A stretch of DNA of 64,000 nucleotides from an uncultured Actinomycetota bacterium. Lineage in GTDB: Bacteria > Actinomycetota > Actinomycetes > Propionibacteriales > Nocardioidaceae. Made by a program: the position numbers and the translations under genes. The notes under the pieces were generated by a model. The model was not told the DNA's origin, ran no database searches, and saw only the letters and a list, made by a program, of their open reading frames with translations. How positions within the stretch are numbered: position 1 is the first letter of the stretch; the number at the start of each line of letters is the position of its first letter. The stretch spans positions 2,466 to 66,465 of the forward strand of contig CAVRMN010000043.1 of the NCBI GenBank assembly GCA_963721855.1, given 5' to 3'. Positions 9,626 through 19,249 of this stretch are shown piece by piece.

Positions 9626-11100
9626 CCCGCAGCCTGGACACGCGCAAGGGCGCCTACGTCGACTCGGTGACGTTGATGCAGGTGAGCAAGCGAGTCGGTG
9701 CGCTGGACGGGGTGAACGCCGCGCTGGTCGCGATGGCCACCGACCTCAACCTCGAGCTGGCCGCCGGGATGGGCTTCGCGGTCCCCGACGGCCTCACCGG
9801 CAACGAGATGCTGGTGGCCCTCGACGCGGAGTCCGAGGAGGCGCTCGCCGCCGCCCGGGCCGAGGTGGACGCGGCGCTCACCGCGTCCTCACGGCCGGCC
9901 ACCGGCGGGTTCGGGTCGGCACCGCCGTCGGCCACGGTCGCCGCCGCCGCGAAGTCCGTCGACCCGGCCACGACCGTCGCGCTGGTGTCCACCCCGGGCC
10001 GCTACGCCTTCGCCGACGCCCTCGACGCGGTCGACGCCGGCCTGCTCACGATGGTCTTCAGCGACAACGTGCCGCTGGAGCAGGAGGTCCTGCTCAAGCA
10101 GCGTGCCGCCGAGGCCGGCGTCCTGGTGATGGGGCCTGACTGCGGCACCGCCGTCGTCGGCGGGGTCGGCCTCGGCTTCGCCAACGTGGTCCGTCCCGGC
10201 CCGGTCGGGATCGTCGCCGCCTCCGGCACCGGCGCCCAGCACCTGATGTCGCTGCTCGACGGCGCCGGCGTCGGGGTCTCGCACTGCCTCGGTGTCGGCG
10301 GGCGTGACCTGTCCGACGCCGTAGGCGGGCTGTCCACGCTGCGGGCGCTCGACCTGCTCGACGCGGACCCGTCCACCGAGCTGATCGTGGTGGTGTCCAA
10401 GCCGCCGGCCGCAGCCGTGGCCGAGGCCGTCCGCGCGCACGCCGCGACGCTGACGACGCCGGTGCTGTTCGGGCTGCTCGGCGCCGGGCAGCCGGACCTC
10501 ACCACGACCGCGCAGTCGGTCGTCGAGGCCGCCGGCCGGCCCTGGGCCGCACCGGAGAGCTGGCCGGGCGCGGTCACGACCGGACGCCCAGGAGGCAGCC
10601 TGCGTGGCCTGTTCGCCGGCGGCACCCTGTGCGACGAGGCCATGCTGATCGCCGCCGAGTCGCTCGGGCCGATCGCGTCCAACATCCCGCTGGACCCCGC
10701 GGACGCGCTGGGCGCCGACTTGGTGGCCCGTGGCCACACGATGATCGACTTCGGCGACGACGAGCTGACCCGGGGCCGTCCGCACCCGATGATCGACGGC
10801 ACCCTCCGCGTCGAGCGGATGCTCGCGGAGGTCGACGACCCGGCCACGGGGGTGCTGCTCCTCGACGTGGTGCTCGGCCTCGGCGCCGACCCCGACCCGG
10901 CCGCCTCGCTGGTCGAGCCGGTCCGCCGGGCGACCGCGAGCGGCCTGCCCGTCGTCGTCTCCGTCGTCGGGACGCAGGACGACCCCCAGGGCACCCGGGC
11001 CCAGTGCGCCGCCCTCAACGCCGCCGGTGCCGCCGTCCACCTCTCCAACGCCGCCGCCACCCGGGCGGCCCTCGACCTGATCGCAGGAGGCGCGTCATGA
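9622..11100 (+). CDS. fdrA: FdrA/AllF acyl-CoA synthetase-like protein
   Basis: YVDSVTLMQ, FSDNV, MGPDCGT, ASGTG, GGTLCDE and GRPHPMID motifs; AAGGAG RBS before ATG at 9622. Confidence 0.9.
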   Translation: MTRSLDTRKGAYVDSVTLMQVSKRVGALDGVNAALVAMATDLNLELAAGMGFAVPDGLTGNEMLVALDAESEEALAAARAEVDAALTASSRPATGGFGSAPPSATVAAAAKSVDPATTVALVSTPGRYAFADALDAVDAGLLTMVFSDNVPLEQEVLLKQRAAEAGVLVMGPDCGTAVVGGVGLGFANVVRPGPVGIVAASGTGAQHLMSLLDGAGVGVSHCLGVGGRDLSDAVGGLSTLRALDLLDADPSTELIVVVSKPPAAAVAEAVRAHAATLTTPVLFGLLGAGQPDLTTTAQSVVEAAGRPWAAPESWPGAVTTGRPGGSLRGLFAGGTLCDEAMLIAAESLGPIASNIPLDPADALGADLVARGHTMIDFGDDELTRGRPHPMIDGTLRVERMLAEVDDPATGVLLLDVVLGLGADPDPAASLVEPVRRATASGLPVVVSVVGTQDDPQGTRAQCAALNAAGAAVHLSNAAATRAALDLIAGGAS

Positions 11101-12494
11101 ACGGGCTGTTCACGCCGACCGCCGTGGTGACGGCCGGGGCGAGCCTCCTCGCCGACACCGTCGAGCATCAGGCCGTCACCACCCATCGCGTCGACTGGCA
11201 GCCCCCGGTCGGCGACGCGGAGGCCCTGGCGGCCGTGATGGGCGACCCGCGCCGCCGGCCCGCGAACGAGCGGGCGCTGCAGGCGATGCTCTCCGCGGAG
11301 GCCACCCTCGTCGACGTCCGTCCCGCCTCCGAGGCGCTCGGCCTCGAGCGCGGTCAGCTGCTGCACGCCGGCCCACCCGTGGACTGGGAGCGGGCGTCGG
11401 GCCCGATGCGCGGTGCGCTGATCGGCGCGCTGCTGCTCGAGGGGCTCGCCTCCGACCCCGAGGAGGCCGAGCGGAAGCTCGCCACCGGCGACGGGGTCGG
11501 CTGGGAGCCGTGCCACCACCGCGGCGCCGTCGGCCCGATGGCGGGCGTCGTGTCCCCGTCGATGTGGGTCTTCGAGCTGCGCGACGAGGCCCACGGCAAC
11601 ACGTCGTGGTGCACCTTGAACGAGGGCCTCGGGAAGGTGCTGCGCTACGGCGCCTACGGCCCGGAGGTGATCGACCGGCTGCGCTGGATGGGCGACGTGC
11701 TCGGCCCGCTGCTGGCCGACGCCGTGCGTTCCGGCGGCCCGGTCGACGTCCGCGCGATCATCGCGCAGATGGTGCAGATGGGCGACGAGGGGCACAACCG
11801 CAACCGGGCCGGGACGCTGATGTTCCTGCGGGAGGTGCTCCCCGCCATGATCGACAGCGGCCGCCCGAGCAGCGAGGTGGCCGAGGCCGTGCGGTTCGTC
11901 TCCGGCAACGATCACTTCTTCCTCAACCTGGGGATGCCGGCCTGCAAGCTGCAGACCCGCGCCGCTGCCGACGTACCGGGCTCCACCGTCGTCACCGTGA
12001 TGGCCCGCAACGGCACCGACTTCGGGATCCAGACGTCCGGCACCGGCGACCGGTGGTTCACCGCGCCGGCGAACACGCCGGAGGGGCTCTACCTCGGGGC
12101 GTACGGTCCCGACGACGCCAACCCCGACATCGGCGACTCGGCGATCACGGAGACCGCCGGCATCGGCGGGATGTCGATGGCGACCGCGCCCGCGATCGTC
12201 CGGTTCGTCGGCGGCTCGGTGCCGGACGCGCTGGCGACGACGCAGCGGATGTATGACATCACGGTCGGCGAGAACCCGGCCTTCGCCATCCCGATCCTGG
12301 AGTTCCGGGGGGCGCCGACCGGCATCGACGTGACCTCGGTGGTGCGCACCGGCGTGCTCCCGCAGATCAACACCGGGATGGCCGGCCGCGTCGCCGGCAC
12401 CGGCCAGGTGGGTGCCGGTCTCGTCACGCCGCCGATGGAGTGCTTCACCCAGGCGCTCGACGCCCTCGCGGTGGCGGTTCAGGGAAGCCGGTAG
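11097..12494 (+). CDS. allG: DUF1116 protein, AllG (YlbE)-like
   Basis: LLHAGPP, AVGPMAG, NEGLGKVLRYGA, MGDEGHNRN, DIGDSAITET and PQINTG motifs; ATGA overlap with fdrA. Confidence 0.88.
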   Translation: MNGLFTPTAVVTAGASLLADTVEHQAVTTHRVDWQPPVGDAEALAAVMGDPRRRPANERALQAMLSAEATLVDVRPASEALGLERGQLLHAGPPVDWERASGPMRGALIGALLLEGLASDPEEAERKLATGDGVGWEPCHHRGAVGPMAGVVSPSMWVFELRDEAHGNTSWCTLNEGLGKVLRYGAYGPEVIDRLRWMGDVLGPLLADAVRSGGPVDVRAIIAQMVQMGDEGHNRNRAGTLMFLREVLPAMIDSGRPSSEVAEAVRFVSGNDHFFLNLGMPACKLQTRAAADVPGSTVVTVMARNGTDFGIQTSGTGDRWFTAPANTPEGLYLGAYGPDDANPDIGDSAITETAGIGGMSMATAPAIVRFVGGSVPDALATTQRMYDITVGENPAFAIPILEFRGAPTGIDVTSVVRTGVLPQINTGMAGRVAGTGQVGAGLVTPPMECFTQALDALAVAVQGSR

Positions 12495-13768
12495 CTGGCC
12501 CGGGACTGCTCCGCGCCGTAGACGCCGTCGCGGTCCCGCCCGTGGCCGCCGTGCCAGTCCAGGCACAGGACGGTGGCGTCGTCGCTGAGCTCGTGGCCGG
12601 TCGAGGCGAGAACACGGTCGGCCAGGGCGCGGACCGCCTCGCGCGGGTGCAGCGACCTCGTGTCCCTGATCTCCCCGCTGAGGTCGACACCGACTGCGTT
12701 GCGCTCGAGCATCCCGTCAGTCACGAACACCAGCCGATCCCCCGGTTCCAGGGCAAGATGGCTCGCCCGATGGGTGCTGTCCTCGAACAGGCCCAGCGGA
12801 AGGTCGATGGGCAGCTTCACGACACTGACGTCCGGGCCGCGAGCGAGGTAGGGCGCGACATGCCCTGCATTGATCAGATCCATGCCCCCGGTGCGCAGGT
12901 CGAGGCGACCGACCACCCCGGTCACGAAGTCGTCGAGCCTGCTCTCCGCTGCGTGCTCGACGAGGGCCGTGTTCGCCGCGGTGACCTGCTCGAGCAGGGA
13001 GGCTCCCTCGTTGCGTGCGTTCCGTAGGCTTCCCACGCACAAGGTGGCGGTCAGTGCAGCCCCGACTCCGTGACCCATCGCGTCGGTCAAGGACACATGC
13101 AGCAGGTCGCGGTCCAGACTGAAGTCGAACGTGTCCCCGGCGATGCCGGCTGCGGGCTCCAGCCAGCCCGCGAGCGTGAAGGCCCCGGCTTCGCACGTCT
13201 GGGGCCCCGGGAGCAGCCGGTGCTGGATCTCGGCGGACAGGCTCAACGGCCGGGTGCGCTGTCCCCACTCGTACAGATCGGTGTGCCGGCGGTTGGCGAT
13301 CACGACGAACGCCAGCAGGTGCGCGAGCCGTGCGATGTCACGGACCGACTCGGGCTCCGGTTCCGTGGGAAGAACGAGCTCCAGCAGGCCGATGACCTCG
13401 CCGCGCTCGGTCACCGGGGCCAGCACCCGCCACGTCCCGGGCTCCGATCCCGCGGCGTCAGGTGCAACCACCTGGGCCACTTGGGAACGCACCGCCCGCT
13501 CCGCAGGGCCACCGTCGAACGGGAACACCGTCGCTGACTCCTCGAGAGCTCGACGCTCGTCACGCGCGAGCGGGGCGCTGGCCAGCTGGACGTGGGCGAG
13601 CCGGACCAGGGCCCTCCCGGACAGGTCGGCGATGAGGAAGGAGACCCGCGTCGCTCCGAGCGCACGACCGAGCTCGCGGGTGACCGCCTCGACAGCCTCG
13701 ACGGGCGAGGCAGCCTCCGCTGCGTCCAGGACACTTGCCACGGCGCTCAGTCCTCTGTCCGACTCCAT
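12479..13768 (-). CDS. PP2C/SpoIIE-family (RsbU-like) serine phosphatase with N-terminal GAF-like region
   Basis: AEIQHRLLP, AGDTFDF, TDAMGHG, NAGH, TDGMLE and DDATVL motifs. Confidence 0.9.
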   Translation of the reverse strand: MESDRGLSAVASVLDAAEAASPVEAVEAVTRELGRALGATRVSFLIADLSGRALVRLAHVQLASAPLARDERRALEESATVFPFDGGPAERAVRSQVAQVVAPDAAGSEPGTWRVLAPVTERGEVIGLLELVLPTEPEPESVRDIARLAHLLAFVVIANRRHTDLYEWGQRTRPLSLSAEIQHRLLPGPQTCEAGAFTLAGWLEPAAGIAGDTFDFSLDRDLLHVSLTDAMGHGVGAALTATLCVGSLRNARNEGASLLEQVTAANTALVEHAAESRLDDFVTGVVGRLDLRTGGMDLINAGHVAPYLARGPDVSVVKLPIDLPLGLFEDSTHRASHLALEPGDRLVFVTDGMLERNAVGVDLSGEIRDTRSLHPREAVRALADRVLASTGHELSDDATVLCLDWHGGHGRDRDGVYGAEQSRASYRLP

Positions 13769-13824
13769 TTCCGGAGCATAGGCTCCCCCGCCGCCTTCGG
13801 TCGCCGGTCAAAAAGGGCGGTCGC

Positions 13825-14295
13825 CTAGTCGTCGCGTTCGGTGCGGGAGTGGTGCTCCGCGAGAGCCCGGAGCTGCCGGACCGCCTTGGTGGCCCGGGGC
13901 CCGTCGGAGCCCTGGATGCCGATCGCGCTGGCCGACGTACCGTCGCTGAGGTCGAGCACCGCCCACGGGCTGCCCGGCCGCAGCGTGATCCCGAGGATCT
14001 CGCTCCACTCGAAGTCGTGGACCCGATAGCCGTTGACCACCCGGATCCCGACCTCGCCGGCCTCCACGCGGCTGCGTGCGATGCCCCAGCCGAGGGCCGC
14101 GAAGCCCAGGCTGAGAAAGATGATCGTGCCGATCTGGAAGGCCGTGAACTTCGCCCGGATCTCGGGCGGGAACGCGATCCAGATGGCCAGCCCGAGGCCG
14201 AACAGCAGCGCGCCGAGGACGTAGACCGCGATCCGTGCGCCGAGCGGTCGGAACGTGTGCGGCAACGGGAGGAGCGGTTCAGAGGCGGCAGGCAT
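13825..14295 (-). CDS. Membrane protein with PH domain, downstream of hisG
   Basis: Two TM helices then [20 protein letters not shown]; start overlaps the hisG end. Confidence 0.75.
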   Translation of the reverse strand: MPAASEPLLPLPHTFRPLGARIAVYVLGALLFGLGLAIWIAFPPEIRAKFTAFQIGTIIFLSLGFAALGWGIARSRVEAGEVGIRVVNGYRVHDFEWSEILGITLRPGSPWAVLDLSDGTSASAIGIQGSDGPRATKAVRQLRALAEHHSRTERDD

Positions 14296-15136
14296 GGATG
14301 TCCGTGGAGAGGATGCCGCGGGCGCCGAGCTCGTAGAGCTCGTCCATGACGCGCTGGGCGGAGTCACGGCGGACCATCGACCGCACCGCGACCCACCCTT
14401 CGCGATGAAGGGGCGACACGGTGGGGCTCTCGATGCCGGGGGTCAGCGCGACGGCCTCCTCGACCCGCTCGACGCGGATGTCGTAGTCCATCATCACGTA
14501 GGAGCGCGCGACGAGGACGCCCTCGAGCCGGCGCTGGAACACCTCGAAGCCGGCGGGCAGGCCCGCGCCGGACCGGGTGATGAGCACGGCCTCGGACTCG
14601 AGGATCGGCTCACCGAAGACCTCGAGGCCGGCCTGGCGCAGCGTGCTGCCGGTCTCGACGACGTCGGCGATCACGTCGGCGACGCCGAGCTGGACGCTGG
14701 TCTCCACCGCCCCGTCGAGCCGCGTGACGGTCGCGTCGATGCCGCGCTCCTCGAGGTAGGCGCGCACCACCCCGTCGTACGACGTGGCGATCCGCTTGCC
14801 GGCCAGGTCGGCCGTGGTGGTCACCGTGCCGGGCCGGGCGGCGAAACGGAACCGCGACCGGCCGAAGCCGAGCTGCAGCACCTCCTCGGCCTTGGCGCCC
14901 GAGTCGAGCAGCAGGTCGCGTCCGGTGATGCCGATGTCGAGCGTCCCCTCACCGACGTACAGCGCGATGTCACGCGGACGCAGGTAGAAGAACTCGACGC
15001 CGTTGTCGCCGTCGGTCAGGGTGAGCTGCTTGCCGTCGCTGCGCTGCTTGTAACCGGCCTCGCGCAGGATGTCGGAGGCGGACTGGGACAGCGACCCCTT
15101 GTTGGGGATCGCGATCCGCAGAAGTTCGTTGCTCAT
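14279..15136 (-). CDS. hisG: ATP phosphoribosyltransferase (long form)
   Basis: [21 protein letters not shown] and DVVETGSTL motifs plus C-terminal regulatory domain. Confidence 0.97.
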   Translation of the reverse strand: MSNELLRIAIPNKGSLSQSASDILREAGYKQRSDGKQLTLTDGDNGVEFFYLRPRDIALYVGEGTLDIGITGRDLLLDSGAKAEEVLQLGFGRSRFRFAARPGTVTTTADLAGKRIATSYDGVVRAYLEERGIDATVTRLDGAVETSVQLGVADVIADVVETGSTLRQAGLEVFGEPILESEAVLITRSGAGLPAGFEVFQRRLEGVLVARSYVMMDYDIRVERVEEAVALTPGIESPTVSPLHREGWVAVRSMVRRDSAQRVMDELYELGARGILSTDIHACRL

Positions 15137-15156
15137 GCGGGTCTCCTCGGGAGAGC

Positions 15157-15426
15157 TCAGAGGTGGGCGTAGACGTCTTCGAGGCCGATGCCGCTGGCGA
15201 TCATCAGCACCTGGGCGTGGTAGATCAGCTGGCTGATCTCCTCGGCGGCCCGTTCGCGGCCCTCATGCTCCGCGGCCATCCAGGACTCGGCAGCCTCCTC
15301 GACCAGCTTCTTGCCGATCGCATGGACGCCCGCGTCGAGAGCCGCGACGGTGCCGCTGCCCTCAGGCCGGGTCTGTGCCTTCTCGTTGAGCTCGGTCCAG
15401 AGCTCCTCGAACGTCTTCATCCGCAT
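15157..15426 (-). CDS. hisE: Phosphoribosyl-ATP pyrophosphatase
   Basis: [16 protein letters not shown] and EEISQLIYH motifs. Confidence 0.95.
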   Translation of the reverse strand: MRMKTFEELWTELNEKAQTRPEGSGTVAALDAGVHAIGKKLVEEAAESWMAAEHEGRERAAEEISQLIYHAQVLMIASGIGLEDVYAHL

Positions 15427-15496
15427 GCTTTCCGTGTAGTCCTCGCAGGACGGGTCCAGGGTACGGCGTGCCGTCCGGCTCGCCGGGGGCGCCGTC

Positions 15497-15997
15497 TCAG
15501 ATCTGCTCGTCGACCTCGTAGCCGCGGCGGATCTTGCGCAGGCAGAGTGCCGTCACCAGCGCGGCCGCGGTCGCCTCGTAGCCCTTGTCCTCCGAGGACC
15601 CCTCGAGCCCGGCGCGGTCCAGGGCCTGTTCCTCGGTGTCGCAGGTGAGCAGGCCGAACCCGATCGGCGTGGAGGTGTCGAGCGCCACCCGGTTGAGCCC
15701 GTCGGTGGCGGCGGAGCAGACGTAGTCGAAGTGCGGGGTGCCGCCGCGAATGACGACGCCGAGCGCGACGACCGCGTCGTAGCCCTTCTCGGCCAGCGCG
15801 GAGGCCACGACCGGCAGCTCGAAGGACCCGGGGACGCGCACGAGCGTGGGCGCCTCGACCTGGTAGGCGTCGAGCGCGCGCTTGGCGCCGGCGACGAGCC
15901 CGTCCATCACCTGCTGGTGCCAGCTCGCGGCGACGACCGCCACGCGGAGCTCGTGACAGTCGACCGGCTGCTCGGTGGGGCTTCCTGCTCCGCTCAT
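15497..15997 (-). CDS. ribH: 6,7-dimethyl-8-ribityllumazine synthase
   Basis: MSGAGSP start; [22 protein letters not shown] and DKGYEA motifs. Confidence 0.96.
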   Translation of the reverse strand: MSGAGSPTEQPVDCHELRVAVVAASWHQQVMDGLVAGAKRALDAYQVEAPTLVRVPGSFELPVVASALAEKGYDAVVALGVVIRGGTPHFDYVCSAATDGLNRVALDTSTPIGFGLLTCDTEEQALDRAGLEGSSEDKGYEATAAALVTALCLRKIRRGYEVDEQI

Positions 15998-17244
15998 GCG
16001 GCGCCTCCTTCGTCGGTGGTGTGCTGCAGGTCCGGGAGGTGGTGCCCCATCCGGTCGCGCTTGGTCAGCAGGTAGCCGATGTTGTGGTCGTTGGGGTGCG
16101 GCGTCAGGGGTACCCGCTCGCTGACGGGCACGCCGTACTCCTCGAGGTTCGTCACCTTGTCCGGGTTGTTCGTCAGCAGCCGGACCGACGTGACGCCGAG
16201 GTCGCGCAGGATCTGCGTGGCGGTGCCGTAGTGGCGGGCGTCGGCGGGCAGGCCGAGGTCGAGGTTGGCGTCGACCGTGTCGCGGCCGCCGTCCTGGAGC
16301 TGGTAGGCCTGCAGCTTGGCGACCAGCCCGATCCCCCGGCCCTCGTGGCCGCGCAGGTAGACCACGACGCCGCGGCCCTCCTTGACGATGCGCTCCATGG
16401 CCTCCTCGAGCTGCGGCCCGCAGTCGCAGCGGTGCGAGCCGAAGACGTCGCCGGTGAGGCACTCGGAGTGCACCCGCGTAAGCACGTCCTCGCCACTGCT
16501 GATGTCGCCGTGGACGAGCGCGACGTGCTCCGAGTCGTCGATGGTGATCCGGTAGCCGTAGGCCGTGAAGTCGCCGGCTCGTGCCGGCAGGTGCGTCTCG
16601 GCGACACGCTCCACGTGGGTCTCGTGGCGGCGCCGGTAGTGGATCAGGTCCTCGATCGAGATCATCACCAGGCCGTGCTCGTCGGCGAAGTCGCGCAGCT
16701 GCTGACCGCGCTTCATGGTCCCGTCGTCGTTGACGATCTCGGAGATGACACCGGCCGGGGTGAGGCCTGCCATCCGGGCGAGATCCACCGCGGCCTCGGT
16801 GTGGCCGGGGCGGACCAGGACGCCGCCCTCGGTGTAGCGCAGCGGGAAGACGTGACCGGGCTGGGTGATCTCGAAGGGCTCGGTCGCCGAGTCGTTGAGC
16901 ACGCGGACCGTGTGCGCACGGTCGGCCGCGGAGATGCCGGTGCTGACGCCGTCACGCGCGTCGACCGAGACGGTGTACGCCGTCCGGTAGCGGTCGCGGT
17001 TGTGCGGGGTCATCAGCGGGATGCCGAGCCGGTCGAGGGTCTCGGCGGTCATCGGCGCGCAGATCACGCCGGAGCTGTAGCGGATCGTGAACGCCATCAG
17101 CGCCGGGGTGGCCCTGCTGGCAGCGAAGATCAGGTCGCCCTCGTTCTCACGGTCCTCGTCGTCGACGACGATCACGGCCTGGCCGGCGGCGATGGCGGCG
17201 ACGGCCTGCTCGACCGTGTCGAGCCGCACCTGGGGGGCGTTCAT
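15994..17244 (-). CDS. ribBA: Bifunctional DHBP synthase / GTP cyclohydrolase II
   Basis: [30 protein letters not shown] and LLTNNP motifs. Confidence 0.97.
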   Translation of the reverse strand: MNAPQVRLDTVEQAVAAIAAGQAVIVVDDEDRENEGDLIFAASRATPALMAFTIRYSSGVICAPMTAETLDRLGIPLMTPHNRDRYRTAYTVSVDARDGVSTGISAADRAHTVRVLNDSATEPFEITQPGHVFPLRYTEGGVLVRPGHTEAAVDLARMAGLTPAGVISEIVNDDGTMKRGQQLRDFADEHGLVMISIEDLIHYRRRHETHVERVAETHLPARAGDFTAYGYRITIDDSEHVALVHGDISSGEDVLTRVHSECLTGDVFGSHRCDCGPQLEEAMERIVKEGRGVVVYLRGHEGRGIGLVAKLQAYQLQDGGRDTVDANLDLGLPADARHYGTATQILRDLGVTSVRLLTNNPDKVTNLEEYGVPVSERVPLTPHPNDHNIGYLLTKRDRMGHHLPDLQHTTDEGGAA

Positions 17245-17861
17245 GCCTTCTCCTTGTCATCGGTGGTCGAGCCTGTCGAGACCAGCAGTCGCTCGACGTA
17301 CTTCGCGATCACGTCGACCTCGAGGTTGACCCGCTCCCCCGGCTGCTTGAAGCCGAGCGTGGTGCGGGCCAGCGTCTCGGGGATCAGCGAGACCGTGAAC
17401 GAGCCGTCCTTGACCTCGACGACGGTCAGCGAGATCCCGTCGACGGTGATCGACCCCTTGTCGACGAGGTAGCGCGCCAGCTCGTCCGGCAGGGACACCT
17501 CGACGAGCTCCCAGTGCTCGCTGGGCGTGCGGTTCAGCACCTCGCCGGTGCCGTCGACGTGGCCCTGGACGATGTGGCCGCCGAGCCGGGTGGTCGCGGT
17601 GACGGCGCGCTCGAGGTTGACCTTCGAGCCGGGCTCGAGGGCCCCGAGCGAGGTCTTGTCGAGCGTCTCGCGCATCACGTCGGCGGTGAACGTCTCGCCG
17701 TCCCGCTCCGCCACGGTGAGGCAGCACCCGTTCACCGAGATCGAGTCGCCGAGCCGGGCGTCGGTGACCACGTGCGGGCCGCGGACGGTGAGCCGGATGG
17801 CGTCCGTCTGCTCCTCGAGTCCCTCGACGACGCCGAGCTCCTCCACGATTCCGGTGAACAT
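17241..17861 (-). CDS. ribE: Riboflavin synthase (alpha chain)
   Basis: [30 protein letters not shown] and VNLEVD motifs. Confidence 0.96.
   Translation of the reverse strand: MFTGIVEELGVVEGLEEQTDAIRLTVRGPHVVTDARLGDSISVNGCCLTVAERDGETFTADVMRETLDKTSLGALEPGSKVNLERAVTATTRLGGHIVQGHVDGTGEVLNRTPSEHWELVEVSLPDELARYLVDKGSITVDGISLTVVEVKDGSFTVSLIPETLARTTLGFKQPGERVNLEVDVIAKYVERLLVSTGSTTDDKEKA
17262..17283. repeat. REP-like palindrome inside ribE 3' end (GGTGGTCGAGCCTGTCGAGACC)
   Basis: Imperfect palindrome with GTGG foot; encodes VSTGSTT; related copies at 1547, 39772, 46005 and 51418. Confidence 0.8.
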
Positions 17862-18923
17862 TCAGGCACTCCCCTGCTTCTCGTCATGTCCGCGCGACGC
17901 CATGGTCAGCCGCACGTTGGTGTCGGGCCCCTCGCCCAGGACGGTCACGTCGCTCACGTCGAGGTGGACCGCATCCGCGATCGTGCCGATGCCGAGGTCG
18001 GCCACCGCGCTGCGCCCTGCGCCGAGCAGCATCGGCGCCACGTAGGTGACCACCTCGTCGACCAGCCCCGCGGTCAGGAAGGCGGCGGCGAGCGTCGGCC
18101 CGCCCTCGAGGAACACGTGCTGCCGCCCGCGGGCGAACAGGATGGCCAGTGCCTCCTGCGGGTCCCGGGTCGGGAGTACGACGGTCTCGGCGGCGTCGTC
18201 GAGGACCCGCCGGTCGGCCGGGACGTCGCGCAGGCCCATCACGGCGCGCAGCAGCTGCTGCTCGCGCGGCAGGGGCCGGTCGTCCTCGTCGCGGACCGTG
18301 AGCTGCGGGTCGTCGACGAGGACCGTCTCGGTGCCGACCAGGATCGTGTCGCACAGCGCGCGGAGGCGGTGCGTGTCGCGCCTCGCTGGCAGCGAGCTGA
18401 CCCAGCGCGAGGTCCCGTCGGCCGCGGCGCTGCGCCCGTCCAGCGTCGTGGCGAACTTCCAGGTGACGAACGGGCGCTGGTGCTCGACGGCGAAGCTCCA
18501 CACCCGGTTGAGCGCGCGCGCCTCGTCGGCCAGCAGCCCGCCCTCGACCTCGATGCCGGCGGCCCGGAGCGTCTCGGCGCCGCCGGTCGCGACGGGGCTG
18601 GTGTCACCCTGCGCGTAGACCACCCGGGCCACGCCGGCAGCCACGAGCGCTGCGGCGCACGGGCCGGTGCGGCCGGTGTGGTTGCAGGGCTCGAGGGTGA
18701 CGACGGCCGTGGCGCCGCGAGCTCGCTCGCCTGCCTGGGCGAGCGCGTCGGCCTCGGCGTGGGCCGTCCCGGCGCCACGGTGGAAGCCCTCGGCGACCGT
18801 CGTGCCGTCCGGTGCCAGCAGCACGCAGCCCACCCGGGGGTTGGGGCCGAGAGGCACGCCGGGCGTCGCCGCGAGCTCGAGGGCGCGCAGCATCGCCGTG
18901 CGCTCCGTCGAGCTGCCGGCCAT
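17862..18923 (-). CDS. ribD: Riboflavin biosynthesis deaminase/reductase
   Basis: PNPRVGCV, HAE, TLEPCNHTGRTGPC and LEGGPTL motifs; ATG at 18923. Confidence 0.95.
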   Translation of the reverse strand: MAGSSTERTAMLRALELAATPGVPLGPNPRVGCVLLAPDGTTVAEGFHRGAGTAHAEADALAQAGERARGATAVVTLEPCNHTGRTGPCAAALVAAGVARVVYAQGDTSPVATGGAETLRAAGIEVEGGLLADEARALNRVWSFAVEHQRPFVTWKFATTLDGRSAAADGTSRWVSSLPARRDTHRLRALCDTILVGTETVLVDDPQLTVRDEDDRPLPREQQLLRAVMGLRDVPADRRVLDDAAETVVLPTRDPQEALAILFARGRQHVFLEGGPTLAAAFLTAGLVDEVVTYVAPMLLGAGRSAVADLGIGTIADAVHLDVSDVTVLGEGPDTNVRLTMASRGHDEKQGSA

Positions 18924-19037
18924 CTCCCTGGCCCCTCTCGTCCTGTGCGGACCCCGGGGCTCGTGGAAGACGGAGCCGTCGTCGCGGGCTCCCCGATGTG
19001 GTTGGTGGACACATCGATCACCGGCGACGTACGGCTG

Positions 19038-19162
19038 CGTGCGCTTCCCATCCGGACTTTCACCGTCGGTGCAGGAGTTCCACCTGCTCAACCGGCTGCT
19101 GGCTGCAGCCGGGTCGCGGACTTTCACCGCCGGCTCGGAATTACACCGACCCCAGAGCACGC
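19038..19162 (-). ncRNA. FMN riboswitch (RFN element)
   Basis: Minus strand reads GGGGTCGGTGTAATTCCGAGCCGGCGGTGAAAGTCCGCGA...CCGACGGTGAAAGTCCGGATGGGAAG, directly upstream of ribD. Confidence 0.96.
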
Positions 19163-19249
19163 GAGCTGTTCACTCGTCGGGTCAAGCCTGCCACACAGCC
19201 GGTCGGCGAGGGTACGTGCCCGGGATGTGACCCTGCGCACCCGGGCGGG

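Noticed and set aside
13685-13705. CCTCGACAGCCTCGACG resembling the REP core in the PP2C gene
   Set aside because: Lacks the GGTGG foot and the GAGACC arm; explained by VEAVEAV codons.
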